A stretch of 64,000 nucleotides of DNA from Spirochaetia bacterium (GCA_963666985.2 CAXXIA010000001.1:800001-864000), one strand, 5' to 3'; shown: positions 8,338 through 17,631, counted from the stretch's first letter. Numbers and translations are program-made. Notes: generated by a model not told the origin, from the sequence alone.

Positions 8338-9234
8338 ATGAACCAAGACCAAGTGAAAGAATTGTTGGTATCCCTCGATAACAGGACTCCTGATTTCAGT
8401 GTCATTTTCACCGGGAAAGAGAGCAAACGAATCGACGGTCTTTACAAGCCGAAATCCCGGGAAATATTAATCAACAATAGGAACTTTCGAGACGAGAATC
8501 AGCTTATCTATACGGCTATCCATGAATTCTCCCATCACATCCACTTCACCCGATATCCCGGAGAATTCAAACGCCGCTCCCATACAAATCATTTCTGGAG
8601 CATCTTTCATGAACTGCTTGATCAAGCAGAATCCCGCGGACTCTATTCCAATATTTTTGTCACCGATCCGGCATTTGTGACACTCACCGAGCGGATTCAG
8701 ACCAATTTTCTTTCCCGAAATGGTCAATTGATGAAGGAATTCGGGAAAGTGCTTATTGAGGCATTAGAGCTTTGCGGGAAAAAGCATGCGACATTCGAGG
8801 ACTACATAGATCGGGTACTCGGGATGAGTCGAACCACGGCGAGGAGCATCATGAAGATGTACGCCTTGGATATCGATGAAGATTTCGGCTATGACCGAAT
8901 GAAGGCTGTCGCAACAATCCCAAAATCATCAACTCGTGAGGCGGCCAGTGAAGCCTTCAGGGAAGGAAAGACCCTGGCCCAGGTACGACATGAAACCAGT
9001 CATTCCGAACGGGAATCTTCGAGGCATGCGCTCAAATCCGAGAAAAACGTGCCGGAATCAAGTGAAATCGATTCGAACCAGCCATCTACCATCGAACATC
9101 TTCAGGCTCAGAGGCGTTCTCTTGAGAAGAGTATCGCCGACCTGGAAAAGAAGCTTCAAGAGATTGATCGAAAGATTCATCGGGTTCATGAGAATCGTGG
9201 GCATGGTTATTTGTTTGAGGATATCCCGGTATGA
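8338..9234 (+). CDS. HExxH zincin metalloprotease-like protein (ImmA/IrrE/SprT-like) with HTH-like and coiled-coil C-terminus
   Basis: GLYKP..EILIN...IYTAIHEFSHH..H motif; FEDYIDRVLGMSRTTARSIM; AAGGAG RBS before ATG 8338. Confidence 0.7.
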   Translation: MNQDQVKELLVSLDNRTPDFSVIFTGKESKRIDGLYKPKSREILINNRNFRDENQLIYTAIHEFSHHIHFTRYPGEFKRRSHTNHFWSIFHELLDQAESRGLYSNIFVTDPAFVTLTERIQTNFLSRNGQLMKEFGKVLIEALELCGKKHATFEDYIDRVLGMSRTTARSIMKMYALDIDEDFGYDRMKAVATIPKSSTREAASEAFREGKTLAQVRHETSHSERESSRHALKSEKNVPESSEIDSNQPSTIEHLQAQRRSLEKSIADLEKKLQEIDRKIHRVHENRGHGYLFEDIPV

Positions 9235-9617
9235 GCGGGGAAAAGAGGACACCCCTGCCAACGCACTATCGGTATGAGGATGGGGATTTCTACGAAAATC
9301 CAGAATTCGGAACGGTTAAGAATCCTCCTTTGCTCAGGCGATTTTATGCGGTTCGCGAGACTCCGTGCGGCTACTGGATACGGATGATGAACGGACGTGA
9401 GAGGTGGGTGAGTAAGACCAGCCGAAAACGATACGCCTACCCGTCACTCAAGGAAGCGGCCCAAAGCTACCTGCAGCGGAAGCGACACCAGGTCGGCTGG
9501 TGCAAGTTTTACCTCAAGAAGGCAAAACACTTTCTGACCCATGCCGAACGGCTGGAGGACCAGCTCAGTGAAGTCTCTACCGACAAAACGGTGAATCACG
9601 ATGCGCTGGGAAGATAA
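9231..9617 (+). CDS. Hypothetical phage protein
   Basis: Coupled ORF in the early operon (ATGA overlap). Confidence 0.65.
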   Translation: MSGEKRTPLPTHYRYEDGDFYENPEFGTVKNPPLLRRFYAVRETPCGYWIRMMNGRERWVSKTSRKRYAYPSLKEAAQSYLQRKRHQVGWCKFYLKKAKHFLTHAERLEDQLSEVSTDKTVNHDALGR

Positions 9618-9882
9618 CGAACTCATCATCATTCTGTCGGTTCGTCATAGCCGACTGACGGTCGATCAATCCTGTCATCTTTGTCAGGGCGAGATGGAGA
9701 AGGGGGATCAATATATCTCTGTCGGGATCGTCGATCGTCTGAACGGAACCAAAGAACGTTGGAACCTTTGCCTTGGCTGCGGAGAGTTTTTCCAATTTCC
9801 CTCGGTTGAGGATGCCCCGCCATATGCTCAAGAGTTTCTTTTCGAAAACAGAATGGCCTCGGAGATCTGGAACCATGGATGA
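9601..9882 (+). CDS. Small CxxC...CxxC zinc-binding phage protein
   Basis: CHLC and CLGC pairs; overlaps both neighbours. Confidence 0.55.
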   Translation: MRWEDNELIIILSVRHSRLTVDQSCHLCQGEMEKGDQYISVGIVDRLNGTKERWNLCLGCGEFFQFPSVEDAPPYAQEFLFENRMASEIWNHG

Positions 9883-10087
9883 GGATCGGAAGATGAAGGA
9901 GGTTTCAGTCCATCGCTTCGGACCGATAAGATCGTGCCCCTTCGATTCTCATTGCGGGAACGACGAGGGGGGTGGATGCAACGAGTCGCCTTCTTGTGCA
10001 GCTGACTTTGACGCCCCTACGACCTTGAAAAAGGCAATGTCTTTTCCTGCAAAGAGTAAGGGTGAGAAAGGGTTTACAAAGGGATAA
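9875..10087 (+). CDS. Small Cys-rich hypothetical phage protein
   Basis: MDEDRKMKEV... fills the gap before the recombinase. Confidence 0.45.
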   Translation: MDEDRKMKEVSVHRFGPIRSCPFDSHCGNDEGGGCNESPSCAADFDAPTTLKKAMSFPAKSKGEKGFTKG

Positions 10088-10098
10088 TTATGCAAACT
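10071..10098. other. dif-like 28-bp tyrosine-recombinase site overlapping the recombinase start codon
   Basis: GGTTTACAAAG-GGATAA-TTATGCAAACT: 11-6-11 layout, imperfect inverted arms, right arm resembles the XerD arm TTATGTTAAAT. Confidence 0.55.
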
Positions 10099-10917
10099 TC
10101 AAGGGCCATGGATCGAATCTTGGGAATCGCCGACAACTATGAGATTGATACACGTCTCTACTGCCGCTATCTCCGGGAGACCGATCAAGAGGTCGGGGCC
10201 GAATCTTTGAAGGCTTGGGCTGGGTTTTTGGTCGGCGAAGGGTATGCCGCTGCGACGGTGAATCGGCGAATCTCCGCGATTCGTTCCCGGATTCGGACCC
10301 TCTTCGAGGAATCCGGAGATGAGGCCTTCGATGTTCTGGCTCTTTACAGCTTGGAGCGGGATTTGAAGCGGGTTCACGGGATGAAGATCAACTCGAAGGC
10401 CGTTGATCCTTCAAAGGTTCTTACGGCCGATGAGGTCCGCGCCGTTATCGCAAAGTGTTCACTTCGGATCGGTCTGATTGTGGAGTTTCTCTATACGACC
10501 GGCTGCAGGATTTCCGAGGCCTTGGGAGTGAGGCGGAAAGATGTGCGGCGCCACCGGGAAAACGTCGTGATTCGAATCGTGGGAAAAGGATCGAAGGAGC
10601 GGGTTGTCCGGATCACCGTCGGTCTTTTTTCCAGGATCACGCAAACACACCATGGCAAAGAGTTTCTGTTTGTAAACCTTTCCGGCGAACCGTACACCCG
10701 GCAATACATCGAGAGGGTGGTTCATGAGGCGGGAGAGGCGGCATTGGGGAGGCGAGTGACACCGCACTGCCTGCGGCATTCGTTCGCGACCGAGACGATC
10801 GAGAGGACGGGAAAGATTAAGGGTGTGTCCAAGTATCTCGGGCACTCATCTACGACGACCACGATGGATATGTACAACCAGGAACAGCTGGACTTCGTTG
10901 AAGTCCCGGAGCTGTAG
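10090..10917 (+). CDS. XerC/D-like tyrosine recombinase
   Basis: TGCRISE, GKGSKER, HCLRHSFA, LGHSS...TMDMY catalytic R-K-H-R-H-Y set; no arm-binding domain. Confidence 0.92.
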   Translation: MQTSRAMDRILGIADNYEIDTRLYCRYLRETDQEVGAESLKAWAGFLVGEGYAAATVNRRISAIRSRIRTLFEESGDEAFDVLALYSLERDLKRVHGMKINSKAVDPSKVLTADEVRAVIAKCSLRIGLIVEFLYTTGCRISEALGVRRKDVRRHRENVVIRIVGKGSKERVVRITVGLFSRITQTHHGKEFLFVNLSGEPYTRQYIERVVHEAGEAALGRRVTPHCLRHSFATETIERTGKIKGVSKYLGHSSTTTTMDMYNQEQLDFVEVPEL

Positions 10918-10926
10918 GGAGGGACT

Positions 10927-11118
10927 ATGGAGAAAGGAAAGACGTGCCAATACACCTACGAGGGAGGCGGTGATTATCGGACCGGCTGCGGAGGGAAATG
11001 TTCAATGGAAATGGTCCGGGAGATCGATCGCAATAACTACCGGCACTGTCCCCGGTGTGGCGGGGCGATCGTGTGGCCGGACCCGACGATGAGGAAAGGA
11101 AGGATAACTGATGGCTGA
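10927..11118 (+). CDS. Small zinc-ribbon phage protein
   Basis: TGCG...YRHCPRCG; GGAGG RBS. Confidence 0.6.
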   Translation: MEKGKTCQYTYEGGGDYRTGCGGKCSMEMVREIDRNNYRHCPRCGGAIVWPDPTMRKGRITDG

Positions 11119-11578
11119 TATGAACCACGCCGGTATGGTCGGCCGGCTCACGAAGGCTCCTGAGTTGAGTTATACACCAAGCGGGTGTGCGATTCTCCAG
11201 GGATGCATCGCGAACAACTACATGAAAAAGAAGGGTGATGCCTACGAGGATGAGGGTCAGTTCTTTGATTTTAAGATCATAGGACGCCGGGCTGAGAGGC
11301 TGGCGAGTTATCTTCATAAGGGTTCTCGGGTTGGATTGGAATACCAGCTTCGACAGGACCGCTGGACGGCTCAGGACGGAACGCCTCGGTCCAAGGTATA
11401 CCTTCTTGTTCAGAACATTCAGTTTCTCGACAGCAAGCATCAGGAGAAGACCGAGGGCGGCCTTGAGTACGATCCGAGCGGTGCACCCCGGACTATGGCC
11501 GAACGAGATGCCAGGGTTAGAGCTGAGCGTGACGGATGGAATCCGCGGCCTGATTTCGAAGACGATATTCCGTTCTAA
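11111..11578 (+). CDS. ssb: Single-stranded DNA-binding protein
   Basis: VGRLTKAPELSYTPSG, YLHKGSRV, acidic tail DFEDDIPF. Confidence 0.95.
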   Translation: MADMNHAGMVGRLTKAPELSYTPSGCAILQGCIANNYMKKKGDAYEDEGQFFDFKIIGRRAERLASYLHKGSRVGLEYQLRQDRWTAQDGTPRSKVYLLVQNIQFLDSKHQEKTEGGLEYDPSGAPRTMAERDARVRAERDGWNPRPDFEDDIPF

Positions 11579-11600
11579 AGAACTGCTCGGGGAGGGAAGT

Positions 11601-12518
11601 ATGGCACGAGGCAGAATGATCAATCAGAGAATAACCAGATCTCAAAAATTCGACGCCACAATCAGGGCGGATGAGGGTGCCGGTTTGCTTTATACCCTCT
11701 TGATTCCTTTTGCAGATCGCGACGGACGGCTTGAAGGAAACGCTTCAATTATTAAGTCAACTTGTTATCCAAGGTGGGATGAGATGCCGAAGAAACGGGT
11801 TTCCAACCGCCTTCAAAGGCTTCACGACGAAGGATTGATTCTCTGGTACGAAGTCGATGGTGAGAAGTATATCCAGATAACCGCTTTTACCGAGAACCAA
11901 GAGGGGATGAGGTACGAGAGAGAGAAGCCTTCCGCGATTCCTCCATGCCCCGAAGGTTTCACTTCGGAGACTGGCGGACGTACTCCGGCAACTGCCGGAG
12001 TTAATCCGGAGGATGACGGAAACAATCCGGCAAAAAATCGAGAAAATTCGACAAAAAGCGCTCTAAGTGGCCTGGAGGGGGATTGCGGAGTTACTCCGGC
12101 AACTGCCGGAAGTACTCCGGCTGAAATAGAAAGAGAAATAGAAATAGAAATTAAAGAAGAAGGAATGGCGGTCGTCGCCCAAGGCTCCGCCACGCCATCT
12201 CTCTACAAGGCCATTGAAGCGGCGTTTCTTTCACGGGTTGAAAAGTTCACCAACTACCAAAAAGAGGGCCAAGCAATCAAAGGGTTAATCAGCAAGGCTG
12301 AAAAGTGGTCTCCGGATGATCCGGAGAGTTTCATTTTTCAGGTTATCTCCATGTTCTTTACCCTTCGTCAGAAAGACAAGTTTTTCGGCGGGCAGCCTTT
12401 CACTCCATCAGCTCTCAATTCCTCGGGAATCTTCGACCGGGTAATGGTCCAGTTTGAAAACCGGAAAACCACGATCGATCCAGAGGTTGAGGCTTATCTC
12501 AAAGGGGTATCAGCGTGA
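11601..12518 (+). CDS. Phage replication initiator (replisome-organizer/O-like)
   Basis: Starts MARGRMI at ATG 11601 after GGAGG; ADRDGRL, EGLILWYEVDGEKYIQI; central iteron linker followed by EIEREIEIEIKEE. Confidence 0.8.
   Translation: MARGRMINQRITRSQKFDATIRADEGAGLLYTLLIPFADRDGRLEGNASIIKSTCYPRWDEMPKKRVSNRLQRLHDEGLILWYEVDGEKYIQITAFTENQEGMRYEREKPSAIPPCPEGFTSETGGRTPATAGVNPEDDGNNPAKNRENSTKSALSGLEGDCGVTPATAGSTPAEIEREIEIEIKEEGMAVVAQGSATPSLYKAIEAAFLSRVEKFTNYQKEGQAIKGLISKAEKWSPDDPESFIFQVISMFFTLRQKDKFFGGQPFTPSALNSSGIFDRVMVQFENRKTTIDPEVEAYLKGVSA
11960..12160. repeat. Iteron array plus A-rich tract, probable phage replication origin
   Basis: TACTCCGGCAACTGCCGGA at 11981 and 12092; degenerate copies at 11960, 12002, 12023, 12044, 12113 with 21-bp spacing; GAAATA repeats follow. 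Confidence 0.75.
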
Positions 12519-12850
12519 ATCCGGAATTGTTTGTAAAACTGGCCGAAGGGTATTTCGGTGAGTATCGGCCCGTGGTGAAAGCGGAAGTTCTCCGAGAACT
12601 TCACACCTGGGATGCCCGATCCCTGGAGAAACTCTGGGAAGAAGCGAAGCGGACTGTAGGAACGCAATATAAAACTCCTCCGGATGTCTGTTTTATCGAG
12701 AAATCAGAGGCTTTTGATTTCCGGAAAGAGATCGCCCGTGAGGAGCGGATTGAAAACCGAACGAAACAGCTCACAGTCGGAGAAGAGAGATTCGATTCGG
12801 CGGCGATTTTCGCATCAATCAGAAAGCAAATAGCGAAGGGGACTGCATGA
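12515..12850 (+). CDS. Putative helicase loader/inhibitor-type replication protein
   Basis: Directly after the initiator (GTGA overlap); YKTPPDV motif. Confidence 0.45.
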   Translation: MNPELFVKLAEGYFGEYRPVVKAEVLRELHTWDARSLEKLWEEAKRTVGTQYKTPPDVCFIEKSEAFDFRKEIAREERIENRTKQLTVGEERFDSAAIFASIRKQIAKGTA

Positions 12851-13053
12851 CTTCCTTTGAGACCATCGGAGCCCCGTTAACCTGCCGGAGGTGCGGGAGA
12901 TCGGTAGACACGGTTTATCCACTCCGGGACGCAAAGGGGACGCGGGCCGCATGGTGCGCCGGGTGCATCGTCAGTCATTCGGATGAGATATCAGAGCGAC
13001 CTGCCGATTTTAGGCCGGAGCAAGGGGAGTTATTTGGGGAGGAATGTGCATGA
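12847..13053 (+). CDS. Small zinc-finger phage protein
   Basis: CRRC...CAGC; coupled to the upstream gene. Confidence 0.55.
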   Translation: MTSFETIGAPLTCRRCGRSVDTVYPLRDAKGTRAAWCAGCIVSHSDEISERPADFRPEQGELFGEECA

Positions 13054-13222
13054 GAGAGCATATCGACAAAGGAAAATTCGTTCTCCGGAAACGGAAAGTA
13101 GCGTGACCTGTCTCTATTGGGTTCTCGGATATTTCGGGTTCATTGCCTTGATCCTTGGATTTAACCGGATGGCCTGCAGCGGGGGATTTCCCGAAGAGAG
13201 AGCAGGATGACAAGAAGGAGGC

Positions 13223-13857
13223 TTGGGAGAAGTGAGCAAGAGCGTACAACGGAGATTTGAGGTACAGAGGGGCACTAAGGCGACAGAAAAAACATTAATC
13301 ACATGCAACGCCGAAGAGCTTCAATGGGTCGAGGATTCCCTTAATGAAAAAGACTGCCGGATAGAAGAGCTTGAAGCAGAATTGTTATCGGCACAATGCG
13401 AACTTGGTAAGGCGAGGAGTGTGATTAAACAAGGATTGTCGGAACTCTCAGAGTGGGAAGAACCACAATCTGAATATCATACAAAGGCATATAAAGCATT
13501 GCTTAAATGGGTTGAAGAAGACAAAGAAAAGCGCAGAACACTTGGCCGATCCCAATCAGTTGTTGCAAAAATGCAACTGGTGAAACATGCTCTGAATGCG
13601 GATTAGATCCAGGGCTTATATGTAGCTGTGCCGGAAAAAAGCCCGAATCCCAGCGCGGTCCTTGTATAAAGAATCAGTATAAATTAAGTGAAAAAATAAA
13701 GCCTTTGGAATCACTGAGTGATGGAGATGATGAGGCGGCTCTGGGCTTTTGGATAAACGGAAGAGATTGGGGAGACGAGCCGGAAGCGACCGCGTTCAAG
13801 GTACAGGCCGCCGAGGCGTGGAGAGCCGCTCTCTCTTACTCCAGAGGAGAGGAGTAA
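13223..13857 (+). CDS. Coiled-coil phage protein, probably frameshifted into a Cys-rich C-terminal part
   Basis: ORF 13223-13606; another frame is open from about 13515 to TAA 13855-13857 (KAQNTWPIPISCCKNATGETCSECG...AWRAALSYSRGEE*); junction at an A run near 13527-13530. Confidence 0.45.
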
Positions 13858-13889
13858 CCTTATGGAATATGAAGATGAGGAGATGCCTG

Positions 13890-14333
13890 ATGGCGACACT
13901 CTATGAAAACGGAAGTAGTAAAGGAAGCAGATCACGGTATCAGGTTAGTTGGAGAGAGGGCTCTAAAAAGAAGGTTAAGGGATTTTCTAAACTGGCTGAT
14001 GCGCAAAGTTATTACCGGGAAAAACAAGCCGGCATGCCACCCGGTCAACCGAGATACAAGAGCCGGGATGCCCGAAACAAAACCGGCAAGGTCGGAGTCG
14101 GCCGGAAGTATGATAACGGCCAGCTGACCTATTTCACCGTTTTGGTAACGTTTAATGGTCGAAGGAAAATCCTGTCTTTCTCTATATCAAAGTATGGCAA
14201 GAAGAAAGCTTTCGAATATGCCTGCGCATGCCGTAAGGAATGGGAAAAGAATCCTGAATCCGTGAAAGACTGGGTAGAAATAGGCCCTGACGGACGCTGC
14301 CGGACATGTGTGCCAGGTGAAGTCACTTCATGA
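13890..14333 (+). CDS. AP2-domain DNA-binding protein
   Basis: NKTGKVGV...FNGRRKILSFSISKYGKKKAFEYACACRKEWE and a second AP2-like unit YQVSWREGSKKKVKGFSKLADA. Confidence 0.7.
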   Translation: MATLYENGSSKGSRSRYQVSWREGSKKKVKGFSKLADAQSYYREKQAGMPPGQPRYKSRDARNKTGKVGVGRKYDNGQLTYFTVLVTFNGRRKILSFSISKYGKKKAFEYACACRKEWEKNPESVKDWVEIGPDGRCRTCVPGEVTS

Positions 14334-14801
14334 TCGAATACGACGGATACGAATTCGAAAGTCCCCTGGAGCGGGCGAAGGTTGAACGCATTGCCGATAT
14401 TTGCAGTCTTTCCGTTCGGATCGCCGCGGCAAAGGTATAAACCATTCTATGAATGCCTTGGCGAGTTGGTTTCCTGTATGAACGATCTTGAACGTTTGAG
14501 CGGGCCGTTATTTCCGCCGAAGGGCGGCTTTGTTCCGCCGGTGTCGGGAGAATGTGTTTTCCCGAATATCATAAGTCCGGATCTCATTAAGGAATAGGCG
14601 CATCGCCATGGGGAGGATGATGATGTTATCAGAGATGATCGAGACGTACGTCGAAGAGAACCGGGAGTTTATCAACAGTCTCGGTGATTTTGCGGACCAT
14701 TTCATTCCATTTGAGAAATGGGATCATGGATGCCGTACCATCACGACGTGACCGAGTGTATCAGGATAAAACAAATGTTAATGCGAATAATGGCTTTAGA
14801 G

Positions 14802-14830
14802 TTGACAATGATGAGAGCATGAGATAATTT
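14802..14830 (+). promoter_or_regulatory. Putative late promoter
   Basis: TTGACA (14802-14807), 17 bp, TAATTT (14825-14830), upstream of the packaging operon. Confidence 0.55.
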
Positions 14831-14865
14831 AAAAACAAATCAGAGGCAATCGCTGACCGAAGACG

Positions 14866-14918
14866 GAGGCGAGGACCGGAGATATCACACCAGTGGTGTC
14901 TTTAGTTCTCGCCTCTTT
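14866..14918 (+). terminator. Long hairpin in the late leader (tR'-like attenuator candidate)
   Basis: GAGGCGAGGAC/GTTCTCGCCTC and GGAGATATCAC/GTGGTGTCTTT stems, short U tail. Confidence 0.55.
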
Positions 14919-14931
14919 CGTTGGGGGCGAG

Positions 14932-15378
14932 ATGCCAAAGAGGCCGGAAAACCGGATCTGCTTATCGTGTGGCAAAACCTTTAAAGGAAAGGGCCACCGC
15001 TGCCCACAATGCCGTCCGACCTCTGATATAGACCGCGGCGAACACCGAAACGCGAAATATTACACATCGGCAGAATGGCGAAAGATTCGTGCCGAAGTTC
15101 TTACATCCCACGGAATCCCGAAAGATATCTGGCATCTTTACGATGTAGACCATACACCGCAGTACAACCCGGAGGTTGAGAGCGACCACCGGAAATACAC
15201 GCTTACTCCTTTACTCCACGGTGAGCACTCCCGTAAGACAGCAAACGAGATCAGCAGGGACAATGGAAGGTTCTCCAAGCAAGGGGAGAGGGGGGAGAAA
15301 TCTCTCCAGGGTACCGCCCGAAACCGGGTAGGGCAGTTTCCTTCGCACTCTGTCAGCAAAAAGGTAAGGGGGTCCTGA
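14932..15378 (+). CDS. Terminase-associated HNH-like endonuclease with N-terminal zinc finger
   Basis: CLSC/CPQC, YYTSAEWRKIR, DVDH...HGEHSRKT; immediately upstream of terS. Confidence 0.75.
   Translation: MPKRPENRICLSCGKTFKGKGHRCPQCRPTSDIDRGEHRNAKYYTSAEWRKIRAEVLTSHGIPKDIWHLYDVDHTPQYNPEVESDHRKYTLTPLLHGEHSRKTANEISRDNGRFSKQGERGEKSLQGTARNRVGQFPSHSVSKKVRGS
15283..15362. other. Putative cos region
   Basis: GGGGAGAGGGGGGAGAAATCTCT...ACCGGGTAGGGCAG...AAAAA layout and position before terS resemble HK97-type cos regions; cut site not definable. Confidence 0.4.
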
Positions 15379-15884
15379 TGCCGAGCGGTGGGCACAACAA
15401 GAAGCCGACTCGCCAAAAGATCATCCAAGGGACCTTCCGGAATGATCGGATACCGCCTTTTCCTCCGGAAGCGCCGAAGATCATCACCATTCCGCGAGCC
15501 CCCTCCTACATGAACAAGTGGGCGAAGAAATATTGGTCGGATCAGATCGGGGATATGGTCGAGACCGGTGTGATTCGGACTGTGGATCTCGGTGTTTTTG
15601 AGCTTCTTTGCGAAGCATACGGCCAGTATCGGGAAGCGCGAGAGGCTATCTACACAGTAGCCGGTCCACGGGGCGGGAAGAGAAAGCGAACTCTTGCCGA
15701 GTACTTGCGTGGCCGTAATTCACAGACGGCTCCGGAACTTACGGCGATGAATAAAGCCTTCGACAACTTTCAGCGACTCGCCAAAGAGTTCGGGATGACT
15801 CCTGTCTCTCGGAACCGTATCGATGTTCCGCCGGAGAAGGGGGAGATCAAAGATCCGATGGAGAGGCTTTGTGAAGAGGGGTAG
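15378..15884 (+). CDS. Terminase small subunit (P27 family)
   Basis: GHNKKPT..KIIQGT.R.DR, LLCEAY, EFGMTPVSRNRI. Confidence 0.9.
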   Translation: MPSGGHNKKPTRQKIIQGTFRNDRIPPFPPEAPKIITIPRAPSYMNKWAKKYWSDQIGDMVETGVIRTVDLGVFELLCEAYGQYREAREAIYTVAGPRGGKRKRTLAEYLRGRNSQTAPELTAMNKAFDNFQRLAKEFGMTPVSRNRIDVPPEKGEIKDPMERLCEEG

Positions 15885-15915
15885 CGTGGTTGCGCTGCTC
15901 CTTATCGGGGTGGTG

Positions 15916-17631
15916 ATGAACCTGACGGCCGAACAATATATAGAGGATGTTCTCTCCGGGAAACAGGTCACCGGTCGACTGACCCGCTTGGCCGTGGAAC
16001 GTCATGTCCGCGACCTGGAACGTCAGGAAGATCGAGATTTTCCGTTTTATCACGACCCTGAAGCTGCGATCCGTAAAATCGAATTTACCCAGCAACTCCG
16101 CCATTCGAAAGGCGAATGGGCGAACCCGCGGTTGCATGATACGCGGATTTGTCTTGAACCCTGGCAGCAGTTTATTGACTGGTGTCTCTACGGCTGGAAG
16201 AGGAAAGCGGATGGTTATCGCCGGTTTTTGAAGGCCTATGTCGAGGTTGCCCGGAAGAACGGAAAGACGACCGACGGGGCGGCAAAAGCGAATTATGCCT
16301 TTTTCGCCGACCGCCCTCGGGAAGAAGGAGCGGAGGTCTACTTCGGCGCCACAAAACGAGATCAAGCGAAGATCGCATGGCGAGAAGCCGAGGCGCAAAT
16401 CCGGAAGCACCCGTATCTTCGGAAGAAAGCCAAGACCTACAGTCATTCATCGACCATTATTATTCCGGGAACTCAGAACAGGATGCTTCCCTTGGGGAAG
16501 GATTCGGATACCGAAGACGGCTTAAATCCGCACTTTGCACTGATCGACGAGTACCACGCCCACCCGGATAACTCCATTTTAGAAATTGTGGAGTCCGGTA
16601 TGGCGGCCCGCCGGCAACCCTTGATCTACGTCATCACGACCGCGGGCTTCGATAAGAACTCGGTCTGCTATCAGGAAGAGCGGACCCTTGCGGTTAACAT
16701 CCTTGAACGCAATATTGACCCGGTTCCCGAGACGGTTTTTGCCATGATCTTTGCCTTGGATGAAGGTGATGACTGGGCCGACCGGAACGTTTGGATCAAA
16801 GCAAATCCGAACCTTGGGGTTTCCGTTCGTTGGGAATTCTTGGAAAAACGTGTCGAGGAGGCCCTTGCGGTCCCCTCGAAGCAGAACGATATCATCACGA
16901 AAAATTTTAATGTCTGGACGCAGGCGGTCACACGGTGGATTTCGCCGGAGGCGTGGAAAGCCTGTAACGGGAAGGTCTTCGAGGCGGCTCTTACGGGCCG
17001 CATCTGCTATGGAGGCCTGGATCTTTCGACGAACATCGATATCACCGCATGGGTTATGGTCTTCCCGCCGGAGCAAAAGGAGAGCGAGTACCGAATCGTC
17101 CCCCCGTTTTTCATTCCGGAGGAGAACCTTCTTGAGAGGGAACGGCGGGATAAGGTGCCCTATTCGGCGTGGGCGCGTGATGGTTTTGTCATTCTTACTC
17201 CCGGAGATGTCATCGACTACGACTTCATCGAAGCTCAGATTCTCAAAGACGCCGAGACGTTCGATCTTCAAGAGCTTGCCTATGACCGATGGAACGCAAC
17301 CGAGATCGTGAACCACCTCTCCGAGAACGGCGTAACGATGGCTCCCTTCGGGCAAGGTTACGCCTCAATGAATCCGGCCTGTCAGCTGCTTGAGCAGAAG
17401 ATCCTCGCCAAGGAAATCGCCCATGGAGATAACCCGGTCCTCACCTGGATGATGTCCTGTACGGAACTCAAGAGTGACCCCGCCGGGAATGTAAAGCCGG
17501 TCAAGCCGGATCGTCGGAAGAGCGGCAAGCGGATCGACGGGATCATTGCGACCCTCATGGCGATGCATAGGGCCGTCTCCGGGAATGAGACCACAAGCGT
17601 TTACGAGGGAAGGGGAGTCCGCGCCGTATGA
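15916..17631 (+). CDS. Terminase large subunit
   Basis: LEPWQQF, VARKNGKT (Walker A), IDEYH, ITTAG, GLDLS, KRIDGIIA; start could be GTG 15886. Confidence 0.96.
   Translation: MNLTAEQYIEDVLSGKQVTGRLTRLAVERHVRDLERQEDRDFPFYHDPEAAIRKIEFTQQLRHSKGEWANPRLHDTRICLEPWQQFIDWCLYGWKRKADGYRRFLKAYVEVARKNGKTTDGAAKANYAFFADRPREEGAEVYFGATKRDQAKIAWREAEAQIRKHPYLRKKAKTYSHSSTIIIPGTQNRMLPLGKDSDTEDGLNPHFALIDEYHAHPDNSILEIVESGMAARRQPLIYVITTAGFDKNSVCYQEERTLAVNILERNIDPVPETVFAMIFALDEGDDWADRNVWIKANPNLGVSVRWEFLEKRVEEALAVPSKQNDIITKNFNVWTQAVTRWISPEAWKACNGKVFEAALTGRICYGGLDLSTNIDITAWVMVFPPEQKESEYRIVPPFFIPEENLLERERRDKVPYSAWARDGFVILTPGDVIDYDFIEAQILKDAETFDLQELAYDRWNATEIVNHLSENGVTMAPFGQGYASMNPACQLLEQKILAKEIAHGDNPVLTWMMSCTELKSDPAGNVKPVKPDRRKSGKRIDGIIATLMAMHRAVSGNETTSVYEGRGVRAV

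Noticed and set aside
11331..11600. N-terminal extension of the replication initiator in the ORF track
   Set aside because: Overlaps ssb; a GGAGG RBS and family-typical MARGRMI start exist at 11601.
14330..14752. Late-transcription activator gene
   Set aside because: Only short ORF fragments in shifting frames with no recognisable motif; cannot be called without indel correction.
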